Assembly (NCBI RefSeq): GCF_000018105.1
Contig: NC_009925.1
Location: 5,970,001 to 6,002,000, forward strand
Reading direction: 5' to 3'
Source of the DNA: Acaryochloris marina MBIC11017
GTDB lineage: Bacteria > Cyanobacteriota > Cyanobacteriia > Thermosynechococcales > Thermosynechococcaceae
DNA length: 32,000 bases
Position numbers and translations under genes: made by a program. Shown here one piece after another: positions 15,587 through 24,014 of the stretch. Under the pieces are notes generated by a model. It was not told the origin of the DNA. It saw only the letters and a list, made by a program, of their open reading frames with translations, and did not search any database. The first letter of the stretch is position 1. Each line of letters opens with the position of its first letter.

Positions 15587-15997
15587 TAAGTGACTTGTCC
15601 TTACTTATTGTTTTGTCCTTTTTTTTTCTGTGGCAATCCTAACATTGATAGAGAACCGCTTGCTTTGCAGAACAGCATTCAGAAATGTTGCTTATTGATT
15701 CCCATCTGACCTTTAAAAGGGATATCCATATGACAAGTTCACCCTGTAGCATGGGTATAGAAGATCACCACCTAGACTTATGACACTTAAGTTTGGGTGG
15801 GCCGTTTATGTTCATAACAATATTTTCAGATTGATGATGGCTCAAAAGACATATCCCAGTCATCTCTTCACCGCATCATCATGAAGCAAAGGTTGCGCCA
15901 ATATTGTCATCACATAAACGAGTTTAAAGGTGATATCTACCCCGTTTTTACCAGTGAATAGACCATACGTCTCCAAGGGAGTATTTGTAACTAAATT

Positions 15998-18900
15998 ATG
16001 GCGATCTTGCATGGTAGTTGGCGGCCAACCTCAGACTTTAAAGATGGGCAACCCTCAAACGCTGCATCTAAACCCAGTGATCAGCGGCTTTTAAATGGAA
16101 CATTGTTTATTTGGGCTGAAACTTGGCGCGGTACAACCGCCAAACAAAATCCAATTTCAGAAGAGACGTTGCCCCATCCTTTGGCCATGGATCCAAAGGA
16201 ATTGAGCCAGTTTCTACTAACGTTATCTGAGTCTCGACAACTATCCCTCACCCCCTCCCTGCAATCGGTTGTCAAATCCCCTCCCAAGCGAAAAAAATCC
16301 CGTTCGGCAAAAACTCGTGCTTCTAAAGAGTCCTCCAGTCCTACCTCTTGGAATTCCCAGACGGTTACATTGCCGGCCTATACCGAGGAAGAAAAGCTGA
16401 TTCCGTTACACTCATCTACCGTCTTAGACGAAGATGAGTCCTATGAACTATACCCTTTCGAAGTCCAAGGTTTAGAGCTTTCTCCGGATCAAACCTTAGA
16501 TTTTTTAGCCGGACTCCCCTTACACATCAATACTGACGAAGAAGATTTTCTAGGATCAGAGCTTCTTTTTTGGTGCCATTCCGTGCGTTGGGGACTGGAT
16601 TTACTCACTCGTTCTAAATTTATTCCCTCGATTCAGGCTCAAACAGACCAAACCTGCCACTTTTTCTGGCAACCCTTACTGGATAGCGCGACGGATCGAC
16701 AGCGATTTCAACAGTTCGTTAAAGGGATGCCTCAAGCTTGCCTGTTTTATCAGGCCATCGTTACTCAAGCTCCAGCAGTGGTCTTACCGACCAAAGCTGG
16801 ATATCTGCTTACAGATTTTTTAACTCACATCATCGATCATCAGGTTCGCCAAGGGATTGACGATGAGCTCATCACCTCCATGCAAAAGGCAGGGATTAAT
16901 TCAACGTTTAAGCAATGGTTACCGGCTTTTAGCTCATCTAACTCGCTTCTCAAAGAAACGAAAGAAAACTGTGGTACTTGGGTTGAGACCCTAAATCAGT
17001 GGTTGCGTCCCATCGAACAAAGCCTACAAGAACAGCAGTATCGCGCCTGCTTCAATTTACAACCCCCAACCAGTCATGGGGACTGGAAAGTAGAGTACTT
17101 TCTCCAAGCAACAGATGATCCAACTTTTCTGGTCACCGCAGAGGTGGTTTGGAATACGAATTCAGAACATATGGATTATTTAGGCCGTAAGGTTGAGCGC
17201 CCCCAAGAAACCTTGTTGCAGGGATTGGGATTGGCCTCCCGGGTTTACCCCTTGTTAGAAGAAAGCTTACAGGGAGCACGGCCGACAAAATTGAGCCTAT
17301 CTCCGACCCAAGCCTATGACTTTATCAAAGCAGCAGCATGGCGACTGGAAGATAGTGGGTTTGGAGTAATGCTTCCCCCCAGTTTGTCAGACCAAAATGC
17401 CATGGCAAATCGGCTGGGACTGCAAATTAAGGCGGCGGCTCAATCTCGCAATGACAGTGCCATTGGCTTGGACAGCTTATTGAATTTCCAGTGGGGGCTT
17501 GCCATTGGGGGACAAACCTTGTCCAAAGCCGAATTTGATCGGTTGGTTGCCCAAGAGTCTCCTTTAGTGGAAATTAACGGCGAATGGGTTGAATTTAGAC
17601 CTCAGGATGTGAAGGCAGCTCAGAACTTCTTTGCATCTCGCCAGAATAAAACTGGTTTGTCCCTTGAAGATGCCCTTCGCATCAGTACCGGAGATACCTT
17701 AACTATCGATAAACTGCCGGTGGTCAGTTTTGAAGCATCAGGATCCTTAGAAGCATTACTAACAACCCTAAACGGCAACCAAACCTTAACAGCCATCTCT
17801 GAACCACCTGGTTTTGAGGGGAGTTTACGTCCCTATCAAGCCAGAGGGGTAGGCTGGCTAACTTTCTTAGAGCAATGGGGCCTAGGCGCTTGTTTAGCGG
17901 ATGATATGGGTTTGGGGAAAACCGTACAGTTTATTGCCTATCTCTTGCACCTAAAAAATGAAGGTCGATTAACTGGGCCGATGTTACTCGTTTGTCCAAC
18001 CTCTGTGTTGGGAAATTGGGAGCGAGAGGTGCATCGATTCGGTCCAAAGTTAAAAGTCGTAGTGCACCACGGTTCAGGACGACCACAAGGAAAAACTTTC
18101 CTCAAGAAAATCAAACCCTTAGATTTAGTGATTACCAGTTACCCCCTGATCCATCGAGACGAAAAGACCTTGTCCGCCCTCACCTGGCAGGGAATTGTAT
18201 TGGATGAGGCTCAAAATATCAAAAATCCTGAGGCCAGGCAATCCCAGGCAGTCCGCAATCTGCAGGCCAAAGTGCGAATTGCCTTGACCGGTACCCCCTT
18301 AGAGAATCGCTTAACTGAGCTTTGGTCTATTCTTGACTTTTTGAATCCTGGCTATCTCGGACCTAAGCCCTTTTTCCAACGACGGTTTGCCACCCCTATT
18401 GAGCGATATGGTGATACAGCATCGTTGACAACATTGCGCTCCCTCGTCCAACCCTTCATTTTGCGCCGAACCAAAACAGACCGAGACATCATCCAAGACC
18501 TACCTGAGAAACAGGAAATGACTGTCTTTTGCAGCCTGACCCCAGAACAGGCCAAGCTCTACCAAACGACAGTTCAAGAATCTCTGGATGCAGTAGATGC
18601 TGCCAAAGGAATTCAGCGACGGGGCATTATTTTAGCCACATTGGTCAAACTTAAACAAATTTGCAATCATCCCGCCCAGTATTTACATGAAGAAACCTTA
18701 GATCTCGACCTTCAGCGTTCTGGCAAATTGAAGCGGCTGCAAGAAATGCTGGAAGAACTATTAGATGAAGGCGATCGGGCGTTGATTTTTACCCAATTTG
18801 CAGAGTTAGGCAAACTGCTCCAACAGTATTTACAAACTAAACTGCAGCGTGAAACCTTATTGCTCTATGGTGGCAGCAGCAAGAAGCAGCGAGAATCGAT

Positions 18901-19273
18901 GATTGATCGGTTCCAACATGATCCCCAGGGACCCCGAATCTTTATCTTGTCCTTAAAAGCAGGTGGTGTTGGTCTCAACCTCACCCGTGCCAACCATGTC
19001 TTTCATTTCGATCGCTGGTGGAATCCCGCCGTCGAGAATCAAGCCACTGACCGGGTTTTTCGGATTGGCCAAACTCGCAATGTTCAGGTGCATAAATTTG
19101 TCTGTACTGGCACCCTAGAAGAACGGATTCATGAACAGCTTGAAAGCAAAAAAGCGCTGGCAGAACAGGTTGTTGGTGCAGGAGAGAATTGGTTAACCGA
19201 GCTCGATACAGATCAACTTCGTAATTTGTTGTTACTAGACCGAAATGCCGTTATTGATGAAGAAGAAACATAG
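15998..19273 (+). CDS. SNF2-family helicase (long cyanobacterial form with an N-terminal SNF2-associated domain)
   Basis: N-terminus MAILHGSW. Motif I is LADDMGLGKT, motif II is DEAQNIKN, and the helicase C region contains GGVGLNLTRANHVFHFDRWWNPAVENQATDRVFRIGQ. Confidence 0.9.
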   Translation: MAILHGSWRPTSDFKDGQPSNAASKPSDQRLLNGTLFIWAETWRGTTAKQNPISEETLPHPLAMDPKELSQFLLTLSESRQLSLTPSLQSVVKSPPKRKKSRSAKTRASKESSSPTSWNSQTVTLPAYTEEEKLIPLHSSTVLDEDESYELYPFEVQGLELSPDQTLDFLAGLPLHINTDEEDFLGSELLFWCHSVRWGLDLLTRSKFIPSIQAQTDQTCHFFWQPLLDSATDRQRFQQFVKGMPQACLFYQAIVTQAPAVVLPTKAGYLLTDFLTHIIDHQVRQGIDDELITSMQKAGINSTFKQWLPAFSSSNSLLKETKENCGTWVETLNQWLRPIEQSLQEQQYRACFNLQPPTSHGDWKVEYFLQATDDPTFLVTAEVVWNTNSEHMDYLGRKVERPQETLLQGLGLASRVYPLLEESLQGARPTKLSLSPTQAYDFIKAAAWRLEDSGFGVMLPPSLSDQNAMANRLGLQIKAAAQSRNDSAIGLDSLLNFQWGLAIGGQTLSKAEFDRLVAQESPLVEINGEWVEFRPQDVKAAQNFFASRQNKTGLSLEDALRISTGDTLTIDKLPVVSFEASGSLEALLTTLNGNQTLTAISEPPGFEGSLRPYQARGVGWLTFLEQWGLGACLADDMGLGKTVQFIAYLLHLKNEGRLTGPMLLVCPTSVLGNWEREVHRFGPKLKVVVHHGSGRPQGKTFLKKIKPLDLVITSYPLIHRDEKTLSALTWQGIVLDEAQNIKNPEARQSQAVRNLQAKVRIALTGTPLENRLTELWSILDFLNPGYLGPKPFFQRRFATPIERYGDTASLTTLRSLVQPFILRRTKTDRDIIQDLPEKQEMTVFCSLTPEQAKLYQTTVQESLDAVDAAKGIQRRGIILATLVKLKQICNHPAQYLHEETLDLDLQRSGKLKRLQEMLEELLDEGDRALIFTQFAELGKLLQQYLQTKLQRETLLLYGGSSKKQRESMIDRFQHDPQGPRIFILSLKAGGVGLNLTRANHVFHFDRWWNPAVENQATDRVFRIGQTRNVQVHKFVCTGTLEERIHEQLESKKALAEQVVGAGENWLTELDTDQLRNLLLLDRNAVIDEEET

Positions 19274-19302
19274 TTCCACCTATCAATAACGGCATTTCGG
19301 TC
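19238..19302. repeat. Perfect 21-bp inverted repeat (stem-loop with a 23-nt loop) spanning the SNF2 stop codon. It may be a bidirectional terminator or an RNA-stability element.
   Basis: GACCGAAATGCCGTTATTGAT (19238-19258) is the exact reverse complement of ATCAATAACGGCATTTCGGTC (19282-19302). The TAG stop (19271-19273) sits in the loop. There is no flanking U-tract. Confidence 0.6.
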
Positions 19303-19326
19303 AATGCAGTGTAAGTCTAGATGTAT

Positions 19327-20928
19327 CTATACCGTCATCATCTGGGTTTGAGCTGTAATAATATCACCCACAACAGTCAGAGTATCGCCACTACTTAGGT
19401 TGGCGACCATCCGGTCTGAGCTAATTACATGGGTTGATAGTACCGTTGCTGTGCCCAGATCCATTTCATCTAAAACATCAAAATCCTCAAAAATAAAATG
19501 TTGTTGGAGAGTGTCCTCAACAACCTCATCTCCCAAGGTAAAGCGATCGTAGCCCTCACTTCCTTGCAAAGTAGCCTGAGAAGTACTGGCGACAAGGCTG
19601 TTGGGCAAGTCACTCCCTGTTAACCCATCTGGCTGCCACTGTCCACGAATCGCTCCAGCTGGAGAACCCACGGTATGAACATTCCAATACAACGGGATAT
19701 CCTCGCCAGCAGCCGAACCACGGATCGTATTCACAAAATCACTCAAGGGAATGAGAGCTGGATCAGACGTTTCCCAAATGCCTTGGAGGGTCACTGAGCC
19801 ATCTTCATTTCGAGAGATTATGAGGTCGTCATTATCCTGATCGTTAACCGCTAAATCTTCTAAGTCAATCAGAGCAAAAGCAAGGGGACCATTTTCTCCT
19901 CGAACCGCGTTATGGATATGGACTTTAGTCACATCATCGCTGGTATCAGAGGTAAAGGCAGTGCCATCACCAATAAACTGTCCAAAGTCTAAACCAAAGA
20001 CCGTAAGGGTATAACTTAAGGCATCACCAGCACTATTGAGTTGGAGCACCGATTGTCCCGAGGCTTCAGGATTATTGCTGGGTGTAACTTCTTGGCTTGT
20101 CGTTAACTCTGATGTTAGGCGGACAGGAGATTGCAATCCCCGCTCAATAAGTTGGCCCCGAATGGCCCCGGAAGGAGAGCCTTCAGTATGGACATTCCAA
20201 TACAAAGGAATGTCACCACCTCTAGCTACATTGCGAAAATCATCTACAAACTCGCTCAGGGAAATTAAGGCTGGATCTGTTAATTCCCATCGTCCGGTCA
20301 AGGTCACGGATCCATCCATATTTAGTTGGAACTGCAAATCATCGGCATCCTGATTATCGATGGTTGGATCGCTTAAATCGATGGGAGCGAAAGCTAAGGG
20401 GCCATTCTCACCTCTAATTGCATTATGGATATGAACTTTGGTCACGTCATCATTGGTATCCGCTGTAAAGGGGGTCCTATCCCCAATAAACCGGCCGAAA
20501 TCCAAACCAAAGACCGTTAATTGATAACTTAAGGCATCTCCATCAGGATTAAGTAGAAGGATAGAAGTTCCTCTGGCACCAGGGTTGTTGCTAGGGGTAA
20601 CTTCTTGGTTTGTAGTGAGGACAGAAGCTACCCGAACTTGAATACCTGTGATATCTTGCTGCTCTAGAGAAAGTGCAGGCACTATTGGGCTGCTAGCGGC
20701 TAATGGATTGGGAGGAACAGTACGACTATTGGCTACAACATTGATTTGTCTTTTTGTGCCCACTCCAGTCCCGCTTGCCGCAGTCACATCTACGTTATGG
20801 AGGGAAAAATCAAATGTGTCATCACTATTAGAAGAAGTAGATCTCCGATCGCCACTGTCCCTGAATATATCTAGGTCGGCATCAGGTTCCTCGGTTGTAA
20901 CCGGATATTTTCTTGTTGAGATAAACAT
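19327..20928 (-). CDS. Protein with two tandem CHRD domains and a possible type I secretion-like C-terminus
   Basis: CHRD signatures occur twice (EVTPSNNP...GDALSY.LTVFGLDFG.FIGD...DVTKVHIHNA(I/V)RGENGPLAF...IPLYWNVHT.GSP.GAIRGQ). There is no N-terminal signal peptide. The C-terminus DRFTLGD...FIFEDFDVLDEMDLG resembles a T1SS target-domain pattern. Confidence 0.8.
   Translation of the reverse strand: MFISTRKYPVTTEEPDADLDIFRDSGDRRSTSSNSDDTFDFSLHNVDVTAASGTGVGTKRQINVVANSRTVPPNPLAASSPIVPALSLEQQDITGIQVRVASVLTTNQEVTPSNNPGARGTSILLLNPDGDALSYQLTVFGLDFGRFIGDRTPFTADTNDDVTKVHIHNAIRGENGPLAFAPIDLSDPTIDNQDADDLQFQLNMDGSVTLTGRWELTDPALISLSEFVDDFRNVARGGDIPLYWNVHTEGSPSGAIRGQLIERGLQSPVRLTSELTTSQEVTPSNNPEASGQSVLQLNSAGDALSYTLTVFGLDFGQFIGDGTAFTSDTSDDVTKVHIHNAVRGENGPLAFALIDLEDLAVNDQDNDDLIISRNEDGSVTLQGIWETSDPALIPLSDFVNTIRGSAAGEDIPLYWNVHTVGSPAGAIRGQWQPDGLTGSDLPNSLVASTSQATLQGSEGYDRFTLGDEVVEDTLQQHFIFEDFDVLDEMDLGTATVLSTHVISSDRMVANLSSGDTLTVVGDIITAQTQMMTV
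19633..20637 (-). repeat. Internal tandem duplication of about 495 nt (two CHRD modules offset by 510 nt)
   Basis: Module 1 is aa 98-262 (20143-20637) and module 2 is aa 268-432 (19633-20127). They align over their full length with long identical peptide runs. Confidence 0.8.
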
Positions 20929-21222
20929 AAAATAACCTTCAAAAAAGAGTTTAGCGATGAAAATAATGCGAGATTAAACGGTCAATGGGGAAATCTTGAA
21001 ATAGTTAACTATAGGTATAAAAGCAAATGGATGCGATAAAGATCAAGCCAAACTGGCAGATATTTAACACAGAATTGATGATTTTCTAAAGCATGGATGC
21101 AAACTAATTCTATAGAGTTCGCATTCAGAACTTCTGGTGTGAGCTAACAGCTATCTGGTCACTTCAGATCTGCTTTTTATTATTTTTTAAAAATTAATGT
21201 TTTTCCCTTTACATCCAAGCGA

Positions 21223-22195
21223 TCAGGAAGGATTTTGTGGAAGCGTAAAGTATACATTTGTACCTTTACCCAGTTCTGACTCCACCCAAATGCGTCCATT
21301 ATGGCGTTCTAGGATTTTTTTGCAGGTTGCCAATCCCATCCCCGTCCCTGAGTAATCATCTGAATTAAGTCTTTGAAAGACTTCAAAGATCAACTCAACT
21401 TGGTCAGCATCTAGACCAATACCATTGTCATGAATACTAAACAGGTAGCTTTGAGTTTTATAGTTTTCCTGCTGATCATAGTTTCCAAAGGAAAGAAATC
21501 CAGTACTGCCTGTTTGCTCAGTCACATCTTGTGGTAGCAAATTCACTGAGATCTTAATGTCTGGTTTGTTATTAGGAGGCTGGAATTTCAAGGCATTTGT
21601 AATGAGGTGATAGAAGAGCTGCATCATTTGATTTCTATCTGCCATGACAGTGGGCAGGGCATCATGATGAATAACAGCAGATTGCTCAGTAATTTCCACC
21701 TGAAGATTATCGAGTACCATGGCCAAAATAGACTCGCATGCAATTTCCTCAATGGCCAACTCTTCATTGCCAACCCGAGCATAATCTAGTAAAGCATCAA
21801 TGAGCTTCTGCATGGTCCCACTGGTATCTCGCAAGCGCTTTAAATACTCGAACACTTTGGGATTCGTATTCGATTGACAGCATTGTTCGACTAGCCCGAT
21901 GGCGAATAGAAAACTTTGTAAAGGCTGCTTCAAATCATGGGACATCACATGGGCAAACTGCTCTAATTCTCGGTTAGACCGCATTAGCTCTTGATTCTGT
22001 CTGAGCAGTTTTCGCTGTTGGTTTTGCAGTTGAGTTCTTAGGCGACTAATGGTAATTTGATTTTCAATTCGCGCCAGTACTTCAGGTAATTCAAAAGGCT
22101 TAGTAATATAATCAACACCACCTAATTGAAACGCTCTAACTTTATCCATCGCTTCGTCTAGAGCGCTGATAAAAATTACTGGAATTTCACGGGTA
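21223..22195 (-). pseudogene. 3' fragment of an IS-disrupted response-regulator/histidine-kinase hybrid gene (end of REC, coiled coil, HisKA, HATPase_c)
   Basis: The frame is open upstream of the annotated Met and reads ...TREIPVIFISALDEAMDKVRAFQLGGVDYITKPF, which is the REC C-terminal half. The H-box is FAHVMSHDLKQPLQ, and the N/G boxes are HDNGIGLD and GTGMGLATCKKILERHNGRIWVES. Confidence 0.85.
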
Positions 22196-23337
22196 TACTG
22201 CGGACGACTTGTGACTTAACATTGTGGTAGAGAGATTTGGCACACTGGGAGTATCCCCGCACCTATCCTCCACTCCCATGATTAAAATTGATTTCACCGC
22301 AGAGGAAATCCAACAACTCAATTACGAACGCTATCATCACCCTCACCCACGGGTGCAGCGACGGATGGAAGTGCTCTACTTGAAGAGTCAAGGTCTTTCC
22401 CATACCCAGATCTGCCAGCTTTGTCAGATTAGTCGCCCCACTTTAGCCAAAACTCTTCGTCAGTATCAACAAGGAGGGATTGAAGGGCTGAAGACCCTTG
22501 AATATAAAGGTCAACCGAGTCTACTCAACGCTCATAGCGATAGTGTGAGAGCTTACTTTGAGCAACATCCTCCCCGCACCAGTGCAGAAGCTCAAGCGGT
22601 CATTGAGCAATTAACAGGCATCAAACGCAGTCCCACCCAAATCAAAGCCTTCCTCAAACGCATCGGTTGTCGTTATCGAAAAGTGGGGTATGTGCCGGGA
22701 AAGTCGAGTCTGCCCGAGAAAATTGAGGAGCAAGAGCAGTTTCGACACACTCGCCTTGAACCCTTATTAGAGGAAGCTCAACGCCAAGAGCGTCTTGTCT
22801 TTTTTGTGGATGCTGCTCACTTTGTTCACCGTGCTTATCTAGGGTTTGTCTGGTGCATCACTCGGATCTTCATCCCTTCTCCTTCTGGTCGCCAACGTTT
22901 CAATGTCCTGGGCGCGCTCGACGCTATCACCAAAGACCTAGTCAGCGTTACCAACCACACCTATATCAATTCTCACAGTATGTGCCTGTTACTGGCCAAG
23001 CTGGCGCTACTTGACCCAGTCATACCCATCAGCGTGATTTTAGACAATGCGCGATACCAGAAATGTCAGCTTGTAACGGACTTTGCCGAGATCGTCGATA
23101 TTGAGCTGGTCTATCTGCCCTCCTATTCACCCCATTTGAATTTGATTGAGCGACTCTGGCGTTTTGTACGCAAGGAATGTCTCTATTCAAAGTATTATGC
23201 TGATTTTCCCGCCTTCAAAGGGGCCATTCAACAGTGCATCGACCAGTGTAATGGAGAGCATAAGGCGAAACTCACCACCTTACTATCACTCAAGTTTCAG
23301 TCTTTTAAGAAAGTTAATATCTTAGCCGCCTAGAGTA
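22196..23337 (+). mobile_element. IS630-family insertion sequence (1142 bp) with TA target-site duplication
   Basis: TA occurs at 22194-22195 and at 23338-23339. The imperfect terminal inverted repeats are TACTGCGGACGACTTGTGACTTAAC (left) and TACTCTAGGCGGCTAAGATATTAAC (reverse complement of the right end). A single intact DDE transposase ORF is present. Removing the element plus one TA restores the host reading frame exactly. Confidence 0.85.
22278..23333 (+). CDS. IS630-family (DDE_3 / Tc1-mariner-like) transposase
   Basis: An N-terminal helix-turn-helix region is followed by DDE-type motifs FFVDAAHF, ILDNARYQK and LPSYSPHLNLIERLW. I take the ATG at 22278 (MIKIDFTAEE) as the start. The ORF track extends to a GTG at 22224. 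Confidence 0.85.
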   Translation: MIKIDFTAEEIQQLNYERYHHPHPRVQRRMEVLYLKSQGLSHTQICQLCQISRPTLAKTLRQYQQGGIEGLKTLEYKGQPSLLNAHSDSVRAYFEQHPPRTSAEAQAVIEQLTGIKRSPTQIKAFLKRIGCRYRKVGYVPGKSSLPEKIEEQEQFRHTRLEPLLEEAQRQERLVFFVDAAHFVHRAYLGFVWCITRIFIPSPSGRQRFNVLGALDAITKDLVSVTNHTYINSHSMCLLLAKLALLDPVIPISVILDNARYQKCQLVTDFAEIVDIELVYLPSYSPHLNLIERLWRFVRKECLYSKYYADFPAFKGAIQQCIDQCNGEHKAKLTTLLSLKFQSFKKVNILAA

Positions 23338-23581
23338 TAACGGGATCTGCCTTTAGATGTTCACACACCTCATAACCTGACATTTGAGGCATTTTAATAT
23401 CTAGCAATATTAAATCGGCACGAGTATTTTGTAATGTTGTCAAAGCCATAAGGCCACTGCGGGCACAGCGAACAGCGAACCCCTCTTCTGTCAGCATACT
23501 AGAGAGGATACGCAGGTTTTCTGCCGAATCATCAACGACCAAAATATTTGACTTTAGGGTCTTATTCGGCAAAGTTGTCAT
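23338..23581 (-). pseudogene. 5' fragment of the same IS-disrupted REC-histidine kinase gene (N-terminal half of the receiver domain)
   Basis: ILVVDDSAENLRIL...DLILLDIKMPQMSGYEVCEHLKADPV is the REC N-terminal half with the phospho-acceptor Asp. The frame runs into the IS end and stops after two IS-encoded codons. Confidence 0.85.
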
Positions 23582-24014
23582 TATTTCATTCGCAAAGTCG
23601 GGCTGAATTTAACAGAAATCTGACTAAATGGCAAAAGATCGTTAATTTTATTCCTAATAGTACAGGCTTTACATCTTAACCAAGTACTATTTCCGCAAAA
23701 TTTCAGATCCCTCTTTATCATTCAAGGATATTTTGACGATAATTTTAGCTATGGTTTATAGGATAACCCTATCGATTGATTCCGATAGAAATAGATAACC
23801 ATACTAAGAAGCAACAAAATACTTTCATCGTAGACATTAACTCTTTCAATCACTGGTTATAGATCCATCTCGTTCACTAGCTGGGTAGGTAGGGATATCC
23901 GAATCCCATACCATCGGTGATCTCACCTGCACTTACAGTATCTAAATGGCTGTTGAAAATGCGATATTTTAAGGGAAATGATGGAATTACTATTGATCGC
24001 CTGAACGGATACCA

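Noticed and set aside
22224-22277. GTG-initiated 18-codon N-terminal extension of the transposase
   Set aside because: The extension begins 29 nt into the element, immediately after its terminal inverted repeat. The ATG at 22278 gives a typical IS630 transposase N-terminus (MIKIDFTAEE...). The extension remains possible but is less likely.
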